This document shows, piece by piece, positions 30,353-38,641 of a DNA stretch of 64,000 nt. The position numbers and the translations under genes were made by a program. Each line of letters begins with the position of its first letter. The stretch's first letter is position 1. This stretch comes from Candidatus Heimdallarchaeota archaeon. Lineage in GTDB: Archaea; Asgardarchaeota; Heimdallarchaeia; Heimdallarchaeales; Heimdallarchaeaceae. The stretch is taken from NCBI GenBank assembly GCA_019057375.1, contig DXJF01000114.1, positions 1 through 64,000 on the forward strand. Reading direction: 5' to 3'. The notes below the pieces were generated by a model. The model made no database searches. It saw only the letters and a program-made list of their open reading frames with translations, and was not told the DNA's origin.

Positions 30353-31903
30353 TTAGATATAATCTACTCTGAGTAACAGTTCATATGATGGTTTTAGTTT
30401 TTCTACGACTTGCTTTCGAATGTTTTCTTTGTATTTGTCTAAACCTTCAAATTTCACTACAAGTTCAGCTAATTCGGCATCGCTTAATGCTTTCATTTTA
30501 GATATATCTTCGGATATATCTTGAACACTAATTGATACGTCGGATTCTTTGATAGATGTACGTAAAACAATCTTAAGTTGTTGTAGTGCATCATTAATCA
30601 TTGAAACTGGAATATCATAAGCATTCATTGTATTTCTTATTCTTTCCAATGTAATGACGTTAATATCAGTTATTTCATCTTCTCTTGCTTGAAGTAATAC
30701 TGTTTCCCCAATGATGTTATTCATTGTACGAAGATCAATATGTGGATTTCTTTGAGGGTCATGAATTTCATCTAAACCAGTATAGAAATCAGTTCTAGCC
30801 ATTCTACTCTCAGAACGAACACCTTTTGTTTTGAGATTATCAGGTAGTGAATTGTTACCTAAGAAAGCTAGAAAATCAACTGCTAATCGACTTACGAAAT
30901 CAGTTGTTTCTTTTTCTAATTCATGTAGTTGAATAATAGAGGGGTTAGCAGTAATTTTTCTTCGAGAAAGAACAATTTGTTCATCAAACATATCTTTAAT
31001 GATTTGTTCTCTGCTTTCCACAGAACGAGCGGGCCAGAGAACTTCAGGAATACGATTAATGATTGGTTGACTTTCTTCTCCAAATACTGTTAAAGGAGCA
31101 TTCGAGGTGAAAAGAACTGCGCCATCAATATAAACTGGCTCGCCTTGAATATTGTATTTGATAACCATTGGCTCCTCAAGAAAACCCATCAAAGATTCTA
31201 GCAGGCTTAATGGAAGCCTTTGTATTTCATTAACTACAATGAAACCATGTGATAATATTCCTACTTTGTGTGAAGTTGCCGCATATGTAGTTGAGGTTTC
31301 TTTTCCAAACAATTCTTCTAAATTCTCAACACCAGCAAGAAGCATGGATAAGCTTTCAGGATCGGTTCTTGGATCTAGTTGGGATCTTCTAACTATAGTT
31401 TTAGTAGCTCCAAGTTTTCCTAAACGACTAACTACTTCCTTTGGAGGAATGGCTAACATACTATTTGTATTATCTAAATCGACGGTGTTGTTATCTGTTG
31501 AAAGTATGGCTTCAATATTCTTTCTACAATATGGACAGAGAGATTGCATAACACGAATTCCAGCAAAGGGATTTGCTGGGAAATTGTTCATTACATCCAC
31601 TATATATCCAGCATCCTCTAAGAATGGACATCCTTCAATATGGTATTTGGAATTATTAATTTCTCTAACAACATGATCTAGCAAAATTCTAGCAAACAAT
31701 GATTTAGCTTCTCCTGTTGGACCAGTAAGTAGAACTTTTCCACCTACAGCTAGTTTATCCATTACCAGATTTTTACCAACATCATTTCCTCTAACGCTGA
31801 CGTCTTTTGAAACTCTTTCACGGAATTCAGGATTCATAAGGATTGATCTAACAGAAAATCCATCATAACCATCCTTCATTAATTTCTGTATTGTGAGTGT
31901 CAT
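30353..31903 (-). CDS. AAA+ ATPase (Mg-chelatase/MoxR-like)
   Basis: Walker A GPTGEAKS, Walker B IVVNE, FTSN sensor and INR Arg finger; adjacent to vWA. Confidence 0.75.
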   Translation of the reverse strand: MTLTIQKLMKDGYDGFSVRSILMNPEFRERVSKDVSVRGNDVGKNLVMDKLAVGGKVLLTGPTGEAKSLFARILLDHVVREINNSKYHIEGCPFLEDAGYIVDVMNNFPANPFAGIRVMQSLCPYCRKNIEAILSTDNNTVDLDNTNSMLAIPPKEVVSRLGKLGATKTIVRRSQLDPRTDPESLSMLLAGVENLEELFGKETSTTYAATSHKVGILSHGFIVVNEIQRLPLSLLESLMGFLEEPMVIKYNIQGEPVYIDGAVLFTSNAPLTVFGEESQPIINRIPEVLWPARSVESREQIIKDMFDEQIVLSRRKITANPSIIQLHELEKETTDFVSRLAVDFLAFLGNNSLPDNLKTKGVRSESRMARTDFYTGLDEIHDPQRNPHIDLRTMNNIIGETVLLQAREDEITDINVITLERIRNTMNAYDIPVSMINDALQQLKIVLRTSIKESDVSISVQDISEDISKMKALSDAELAELVVKFEGLDKYKENIRKQVVEKLKPSYELLLRVDYI

Positions 31904-31920
31904 GAGCTTTACCTTTTTTA

Positions 31921-32523
31921 TTATATATTTTGATTATTTTCTTCTTCTGTAGCAAATTGAACTTGCACAGGTTTGATTTTTTCTAATAACTTTTCTTTTT
32001 CTTCCCAAGACTTAATGTGTCCGATATGGATTACTCTCTTCAACCATCTTAGAGCTTCAAGTTGAGAAGAGATATCGGGTATGTCAAATAGATTCCATAG
32101 TCTATCAGTAAGACGAATTAAAGAGAGATTCTCAATTAACTCTCCACGAGACAAAGCACCTTGGAGATTTGAGTTATATGCACAGATCGCAATTGGAAGA
32201 CTTTTTGTTTCAGAATCCCAAGCTATCTTTTCCCAGAAATAGTTTCTTTCGTGTTTTATCATTTCTTCTTTGGTTGCATCAATAAGATATAACAACCCTT
32301 CAAATGGAGTAAATTGCTTATGTTTGAATTTGAACCCTAAAGAATACGGTAATTCAGTTAGAGAACTATCTATTATGAATTCTGAGAGAGATGTATTAGA
32401 CCTCATCAGTAGAGTTCTGTTTCTAGTTGCTGGAGTATCATCACCCAAAATTAGTATAGATACTTCTGGGTAGCCTAGTTTTCTTCGAAGAGAACTTTTC
32501 AGATTCTGAATAAGGTTAGTCAT
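31921..32523 (-). CDS. Arf/Sar-like small GTPase-fold protein lacking P-loop
   Basis: GLLYLIDAT...LPIAICAYNSNLQGALSRGELIENLSL..LTDRLW mirrors the Arf C-terminal half; GxxxxGK and NKxD are degenerate. Confidence 0.6.
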   Translation of the reverse strand: MTNLIQNLKSSLRRKLGYPEVSILILGDDTPATRNRTLLMRSNTSLSEFIIDSSLTELPYSLGFKFKHKQFTPFEGLLYLIDATKEEMIKHERNYFWEKIAWDSETKSLPIAICAYNSNLQGALSRGELIENLSLIRLTDRLWNLFDIPDISSQLEALRWLKRVIHIGHIKSWEEKEKLLEKIKPVQVQFATEEENNQNI

Positions 32524-32629
32524 TGGGTTTCGTTAAAAAGCAACTTATGTGCATCTTTATCAATTTTTTGAATAAGAAGTTTTTAGAATAAGAGTAAAAG
32601 TTTAGAACTTCAATAAAAATGAAATAGTA

Positions 32630-33124
32630 ATGAGTCAAAAAATCCTAAACATAGTTGTCGCAGGTATTGAGCACAATAACAAGTGGTTGTTTATCAAACG
32701 TGAAAGAGGAGATTATCAGAAGAAATGGGCTTTAGCAGGGGGGAAAATGCATTTTGATGAAACAATAAAAGAATCAATTTTAAGAGAAATTAAAGAAGAA
32801 ACGGGTTTAGAAGTAGAGTGGGTAGGAATTAAATCCATCCTAAATGAAAAACTCAAAGAGAAAGATTCTGGAGAAACAACACAACATTTCATTATTATTT
32901 TATGTTTAACAAAAGCAAAGAGTGATGATGTCATAAAAACAGAAGAAGGAGAATTATGCTGGTTCACTGAACAAAAAATCAGAGATAATAAAGATAAGAT
33001 CATCCCCTCCGATTATCATATGATAACAAATTTGATTATGAAAGAATCATTAAACCAGATTGTTGAAGTGGAACTATTAAAAAAAGAAGATGAATTATCT
33101 CTTGGTTTATTTGAAGAATATTAA
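32630..33124 (+). CDS. Nudix hydrolase
   Basis: Nudix box GGKMHFDETIKESILREIKEETGL. Confidence 0.9.
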   Translation: MSQKILNIVVAGIEHNNKWLFIKRERGDYQKKWALAGGKMHFDETIKESILREIKEETGLEVEWVGIKSILNEKLKEKDSGETTQHFIIILCLTKAKSDDVIKTEEGELCWFTEQKIRDNKDKIIPSDYHMITNLIMKESLNQIVEVELLKKEDELSLGLFEEY

Positions 33125-34074
33125 TTAATTATTTTCTCAAATTCCTTTGAACTTATTTTAGAACCACTTAAAACAAGAACTACTTCTCGTCCTTGAAATT
33201 TCTCAATCTTTTGGATGAATGATGCAACAGACAATACCGCAGCGCCCTCAACTATCAGTTTGTGTTCTTTGAAAAGCAACCTTAATGCGTTTTTAATTTC
33301 CTCTTCTGAAACCATAATGTACTCATCTACATATTTTTTGCAAAAATCGAAAGTAATAGAATCGGGTTCGATCCCTCCAGCAGTTCCATCAGATAATGTA
33401 GGTTTTGATTCGTAATCTATTATTCTTCCTGCTTTAATTGATTCATACATTACTGGAGAATTAATTGGTTGGCACCCAATGATTTCAACTTCCCCAAATT
33501 TACTCTTCAAATAGCTTGCAATGCCTGAAATCAAACCTCCTCCTCCGATGGGAATTAAAACAAAATCTGGTTTCCTTAATTGTTTCTCTAATTCCATTCC
33601 TATAGTCCCTTGTCCCGCTATGATTTTCAAATCGTTATAGGGAGAGATAAACTCTATCATGTTTTTCTTAGCATATTCACGTGCAAATGTTTCTGTTTCA
33701 ACACAATCATTTCCGTAAAGTTCTATCTTTACATTCTGCTCTTCTAATGCTTTAATCTTAGTTTGGGATGCATTTTTAGGTAGAAATATTATTCCTTTCA
33801 ATCCCAAAATATCAATTCCATGAGCGAATGCTGCTCCATGGTTTCCAGATGAAGCAGTTATGAACTCACCTTTACTTTCTGTAGTACAAAGGAAGATCAG
33901 ACTATTCATAGCTCCTCTTATCTTAAAAGAACCAGTTACCTGTTGATTCTCTAATTTGAGATATACTTTGCAATTTCCCATTCTACTTAGAACTGGAGAG
34001 AACTCTAAGGAGGTCTCTTTAATATATGGTCTAATCCTCTCTTCAGCTTCTTGAATTTCTCTAAGTATATCCAT
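33121..34074 (-). CDS. Threonine/serine dehydratase (PLP, fold II)
   Basis: ENQQVTGSFKIRGA, SSGNHG and PIGGGGLISG. Confidence 0.9.
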   Translation of the reverse strand: MDILREIQEAEERIRPYIKETSLEFSPVLSRMGNCKVYLKLENQQVTGSFKIRGAMNSLIFLCTTESKGEFITASSGNHGAAFAHGIDILGLKGIIFLPKNASQTKIKALEEQNVKIELYGNDCVETETFAREYAKKNMIEFISPYNDLKIIAGQGTIGMELEKQLRKPDFVLIPIGGGGLISGIASYLKSKFGEVEIIGCQPINSPVMYESIKAGRIIDYESKPTLSDGTAGGIEPDSITFDFCKKYVDEYIMVSEEEIKNALRLLFKEHKLIVEGAAVLSVASFIQKIEKFQGREVVLVLSGSKISSKEFEKIIN

Positions 34075-34283
34075 TTGTTTCTAAAAGATAATCTCCGATT
34101 TCTATATAAACTTTAAATCTAATCTTCTGATTCTCAATCATCATCTTTTTTGGGGTAAATCTGAAGAGAATTAGTCAAGGAAACTAAAACCAAATATTTT
34201 GGAAATATCATTACAAGTAAAGATTTAAACACCTTCTAGATTTTTCGAGAAAAGGTTTTTACTGAAAAACGAAATGATATACT

Positions 34284-35354
34284 ATGGCAACTAGTTCTTC
34301 TAATGTTTTAAATGAAGGTATTATTACCACTAGAAAAGAAAAAAAAGCGGTACAAAACAAAGCTTCTAGATATCTTTCCATTGATGTTTTCAGAGGTCTA
34401 GCAATAGTCGCAATGATTTTTGTTAATGTGATAGCTCCTTTCAATAAAGTCCCAGCATGGTCAAAGCACGCACTTGATTATGGCTTAACCTATGTTGATC
34501 TAGTTACTCCTTTCTTTATCTTTGCAATCGGCTTAACTTACACAATGTCTTTTAATCGCTATTTCGAAAAAAATGGTTGGTTTCAAACATTTCTAAGATT
34601 CTTACGAAGGTATGCAGCATTTTATGGCATGGGGATGATAGGAGCTATGTACTTCTTCACAGATAAAGGAATAGTTTTTTCTTGGGGGGTTCTACAAGCT
34701 ATAGGATTAGCAGGTAGTTTCACCTTATTCTTTCTAAAGTTTCCAAGAAGTGTGAGATTTGCGGTTGGTATTGGTTTATTAGTTGCATATCAATATATTT
34801 TGACTATACCTGTAGAAGTAGGTATAGATACTATATCCTTAGCTGATCTAAATTTAGATGATGTTCATGGTGGAATAATTGGAGGTATTGGTTTCTGTAT
34901 TCTACTGCTTTTATGTACAGCAATAATTGATGACTTTCGTAAAACAAACAAATGGTGGATTCTGGGTTGTGGGGGAATTTTTACTACAGCAGGAATTATT
35001 TTACATTTTGTTTGGAAATTAACAGGTTGGCCGTTATACGGGGGAATCTCCAAAGAGAGGGTCACCGCATCATATATCCTCCTCACAGTTGGATTAGGTT
35101 CAATTCTTTTCTGGTTGTTATGGTTTATCTATGATAAAAAACAGATTACGAAGAACAGAAGCATTTTACAACCAATTGGGAGAAATTCATTTTTTATCTA
35201 TATAATTCACCCCATAATGATTATGTTAACACAATTAATCTTACCAATCGACACCCACTTTGCACTTGTAATGTTTCTAGGAATAGTTAGTGTGGTTATT
35301 TTGTGGACTGTATCGTTCTTTCTTGATAAGAAGAAAATCTACATAATAATATGA
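34284..35354 (+). CDS. Heparan-alpha-glucosaminide N-acetyltransferase-like membrane protein
   Basis: RYLSIDVFRG, DLVTPFF and GVLQAIG motifs. Confidence 0.8.
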   Translation: MATSSSNVLNEGIITTRKEKKAVQNKASRYLSIDVFRGLAIVAMIFVNVIAPFNKVPAWSKHALDYGLTYVDLVTPFFIFAIGLTYTMSFNRYFEKNGWFQTFLRFLRRYAAFYGMGMIGAMYFFTDKGIVFSWGVLQAIGLAGSFTLFFLKFPRSVRFAVGIGLLVAYQYILTIPVEVGIDTISLADLNLDDVHGGIIGGIGFCILLLLCTAIIDDFRKTNKWWILGCGGIFTTAGIILHFVWKLTGWPLYGGISKERVTASYILLTVGLGSILFWLLWFIYDKKQITKNRSILQPIGRNSFFIYIIHPIMIMLTQLILPIDTHFALVMFLGIVSVVILWTVSFFLDKKKIYIII

Positions 35355-35367
35355 TAAATGAGGTATA

Positions 35368-36285
35368 ATGATGAAAGTAGTAGAAGATATTACACAACTC
35401 ATTGGAGAAACTCCCTTAGTAAAACTAGGAAGGCTCTTTCCAAACTCTGAAATTTTTGGCAAATGCGAATTCATGAACCCTTTAAGTGTAAAGGATCGTC
35501 CTGTTCTGCAAATCTTTAGTGATGCTGAAGAACAAGGTTTGATTAAGCCAGGAGATACTGTGATTGAATGTACAAGTGGAAACACAGGAATGGCAGTTTC
35601 TTTGATTGCAGCCATAAAGAATTACAAAGCAATTTTAGTCATGTCAGAAATACAAAGTATTGAACGACGCCAAATTCTTAGTGCTTTGGGAGCTGAATTG
35701 ATTCTGACACCTGCGGAATTAGGGACTGAAGGGTCCCGACAGAAATTAAAGGAATTATTAGAAGAAAACCCTGATTACTTTTATATAGGACAGCATGTGA
35801 ATTCTTCAAACCCCAAAGCCCATTATCTATCAACTGGTCCTGAACTATGGGAACAAACAGAGGGAGAGATAGATATTCTAATTGCAGGATTAGGTACAGG
35901 AGGAACAATATGTGGTGCAGGTAAATACTTGAAGGAAAAAAATCCAAATGTACAATTGATTGCAGTAGAACCTTTTGAATCACCTTATATCTCTAAGGGA
36001 ATATTCAAACCCCACAAAATAATGGGCACAGCACCAGGATTTGTACCTGAAACACTTGACAAGGATATAATTGATGAGATATTTCTGGTTAAACAAGCTG
36101 ATGCTTTTGAGATGTGTAGAAAAATGGCATTAATAGAAGGTATTCTAATTGGAATAAGCTCAGGAGCAGTATGTGAGGCAGCAAAACAAATTTCGAAAAG
36201 AGTAGAGAATAAGAAAAAGAAAATTGTTGTTGTTTTAGCGGATACAGGACAAAGATACTTGAGCGTGGAAGGATTATTTGTTTGA
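35368..36285 (+). CDS. cysK: Cysteine synthase
   Basis: IGETPLV, SVKDR, TSGNTG, GLGTGGT and DTGQRYLS. Confidence 0.92.
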   Translation: MMKVVEDITQLIGETPLVKLGRLFPNSEIFGKCEFMNPLSVKDRPVLQIFSDAEEQGLIKPGDTVIECTSGNTGMAVSLIAAIKNYKAILVMSEIQSIERRQILSALGAELILTPAELGTEGSRQKLKELLEENPDYFYIGQHVNSSNPKAHYLSTGPELWEQTEGEIDILIAGLGTGGTICGAGKYLKEKNPNVQLIAVEPFESPYISKGIFKPHKIMGTAPGFVPETLDKDIIDEIFLVKQADAFEMCRKMALIEGILIGISSGAVCEAAKQISKRVENKKKKIVVVLADTGQRYLSVEGLFV

Positions 36286-36298
36286 TTTAAAAGAGGAG

Positions 36299-36321
36299 TG
36301 GTGGGGCAGGGCGGATTCGAA
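36299..36321 (-). pseudogene. 3' fragment of an intronless tRNA-Val(GAC) (allele A): T-loop to CCA
   Basis: Minus strand TTCGAAT CCGCC CTGCCCC A CCA; T-stem CCGCC differs from the intact gene and complements GGCG of the 5' fragment. Confidence 0.85.
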
Positions 36322-36360
36322 TAGACTCCTTTAAAATGAGGGAAAGGAAGAGTTTTAAGA

Positions 36361-38328
36361 TTGAACGGTAAAATGTACGAGATGAAAGAGCAAAGAATTC
36401 TAGTATTTATTCTGGTATTCTATCTTACTTTAAATGTAAATATAATTAAAGCCAATAGAACTGATACTTTTCTCTTAACAACCACAAACACCTCTATTCA
36501 GGATAATAAAGCATCAACAGTAAGTCAAACCAGTTCATTGTTCATAGATGATGACTCTGATTTCATCACACTTAACTTCCCTGGAAGTGGAACAAAAGGT
36601 GACCCCTACTTAATTGAAAACTATCAAATCATCACCACTGGTAGAGAAGCAGGTATTGATATTCAGAATACAAGTAAACATTTCATTATTAGAAATTGTA
36701 CTATTGAAACTGACAGTTGGGGTATTCGACTAAATGAAATAGCTCCTAATACAGCATCAATCATTGATAATGAGTTCATAGATAATGATTATACAGCTAT
36801 ATCCATCTACAATTCAATTGGAGTTACAATTTCCAATAATAAATTCAAAAATAATGACGAAGCATTATACTTAAGGAAATCTAGTTTCTTAACTATATCT
36901 AACAATACGTTTGAAGAGAATTGGCATGGTTTGCTCACATCTGGAACTGATTCATTAATTATAGAAGACAACTTTTTCTATTCAAATGTAATTGCAATAA
37001 GCATTACAGCAGTTACTGGTTTTTGTATCAAAAATAATGTTTTTAAAAATAATTCCAGATACGGAATGAATCTATATGCAACAGACAACACACTGGTTTC
37101 GAATAATACATGCAGTGATAGTGGATGGCGAGGAATCCTAGTTCGTCAGTCGATGTTTGTTGTTTTAAACCATAACACTCTTACTAATGATGGTATCCAC
37201 ATTGATTATTACTCGGTAGAATATGGAAGTTTTTCAAATAATCAAGTCAATTCTAGAATTCTTGGATTTTTCAAAAATAAGAATGACTTAGAACTAAAAG
37301 ACCCAATTTATGGTCAGTTAATTTTGTCAGACTGTAAAAAGGGAACCATTTCTAATCAAAATCTCTCAAACACAAGCATTGGTATAACATTGTACAATTG
37401 TGAGAAGACCACCATAATAAATAGTACTTGTAACAATAATGACGGTGATGGAATCCAAATTCATAATTCTGATGGATGTTCAGTGAGTAATAACACTTGC
37501 AATAATAATGATAATGGGATCAGTGTTGTAAACTCAAATCATTGTAATGTATCGAATAATATCTTACTTGGGAATTGGGAGAGCATAGAATTAACAAAAT
37601 CTAACTCAGCAGAAATTAATCTAAACAAATGTTCATTTAACAAAAACCATGGAATAACAATAATAAATTCCGAATATGGATTTGTAACTAATAACAATTG
37701 TTCAGATAATCATAACGATGGAATTCGAATACTAAGTTCAAATTATTTCGTGATTGCTAACAACTCGTGTATAAATAACAGAGAGGAGGCAATTTACTTA
37801 ATAACAACTATTGTTTCTATTGTTTACAATAATCTCTGCAAAAATAACACAAACGGGATATACATCGGACATTCAGGATTTAGTCCTATTCCTGAATTTG
37901 TACCCCCACCTCCAGATTCATATTCGGAAGTAATTTCTAATCATCTTGAAGAAAATAGTAAATATGGAGTTTATCTTAATCGACTGACTCAGGATAACAG
38001 CATACATCATAATTCCTTCATTAATAATGGTGAGGAAGGAATAGCACAAGCTTATGACACAGGATATAGAAATACTTGGTTTGATAAGAAGACAAATGAA
38101 GGTAATTTTTGGTCTGATATGGGGACCGGATCTTATGAAATTGCAGGAGAAGCAAATTCAATCGACAAATATCCGCTAATGGAACCCAAAATGATAGAAA
38201 TGCCGGAAATTCCATCAAATTGGCCAACTTACAGAACTAAATCTAATCCACAAATAATATGCATAGGAATAGTGACATTAGTTATTCTGAAACGTAGAAA
38301 ATTAAGATTTAAAAGAAGAAAAATCTAA
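36361..38328 (+). CDS. Right-handed parallel beta-helix (NosD/CASH-like) secreted surface protein
   Basis: Signal peptide (likely start 36382); GSGTKGDPYLIEN; Asn-rich PbH1 repeats; GNFWSD; TM plus basic tail. Confidence 0.85.
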   Translation: MNGKMYEMKEQRILVFILVFYLTLNVNIIKANRTDTFLLTTTNTSIQDNKASTVSQTSSLFIDDDSDFITLNFPGSGTKGDPYLIENYQIITTGREAGIDIQNTSKHFIIRNCTIETDSWGIRLNEIAPNTASIIDNEFIDNDYTAISIYNSIGVTISNNKFKNNDEALYLRKSSFLTISNNTFEENWHGLLTSGTDSLIIEDNFFYSNVIAISITAVTGFCIKNNVFKNNSRYGMNLYATDNTLVSNNTCSDSGWRGILVRQSMFVVLNHNTLTNDGIHIDYYSVEYGSFSNNQVNSRILGFFKNKNDLELKDPIYGQLILSDCKKGTISNQNLSNTSIGITLYNCEKTTIINSTCNNNDGDGIQIHNSDGCSVSNNTCNNNDNGISVVNSNHCNVSNNILLGNWESIELTKSNSAEINLNKCSFNKNHGITIINSEYGFVTNNNCSDNHNDGIRILSSNYFVIANNSCINNREEAIYLITTIVSIVYNNLCKNNTNGIYIGHSGFSPIPEFVPPPPDSYSEVISNHLEENSKYGVYLNRLTQDNSIHHNSFINNGEEGIAQAYDTGYRNTWFDKKTNEGNFWSDMGTGSYEIAGEANSIDKYPLMEPKMIEMPEIPSNWPTYRTKSNPQIICIGIVTLVILKRRKLRFKRRKI

Positions 38329-38334
38329 AGAGTA

Positions 38335-38443
38335 TGGTGGGGCAGGCAAGATTCGAACTTGCGACTTCCTCCACTTTTTGTCTGTAGGTTTTCCACCTTG
38401 CAGATGTCAAGGAGGTATCATAGCCAAGCTAGATCACTGCCCC
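38335..38443 (-). tRNA. tRNA-Val(GAC) (allele B) with 31-nt intron (38375-38405), probably at 36/37; CCA encoded
   Basis: Full cloverleaf GGGGCAG...CTGCCCC A CCA; intron hairpin TCTG/CAGA plus AGGT/ACCT; relaxed BHB. Confidence 0.92.
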
Positions 38444-38478
38444 TTTTGCCGATAAGCTTTTCGCCTACTTTTCTTTCC

Positions 38479-38504
38479 TTGTTTTCTTTAAATGTTTTTT
38501 GTTA
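38479..38504 (-). promoter_or_regulatory. tRNA promoter block (BRE/TATA-like) of allele B
   Basis: 25/26 identical to 40745-40770 at the same distance (36 vs 37 nt) from the tRNA 5' end. Confidence 0.65.
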
Positions 38505-38641
38505 TCCAGCTCTTTTAGTCAAGTAGACAAATTCGCAGAAAACATGGACAAGCTAGCCATATCCTTTGCAAGAAGTATAAACAGACAACAGAGAGGAAAA
38601 ACCCATCATAACAGAAGATTTTATCGAGTTTAAAAACCATT

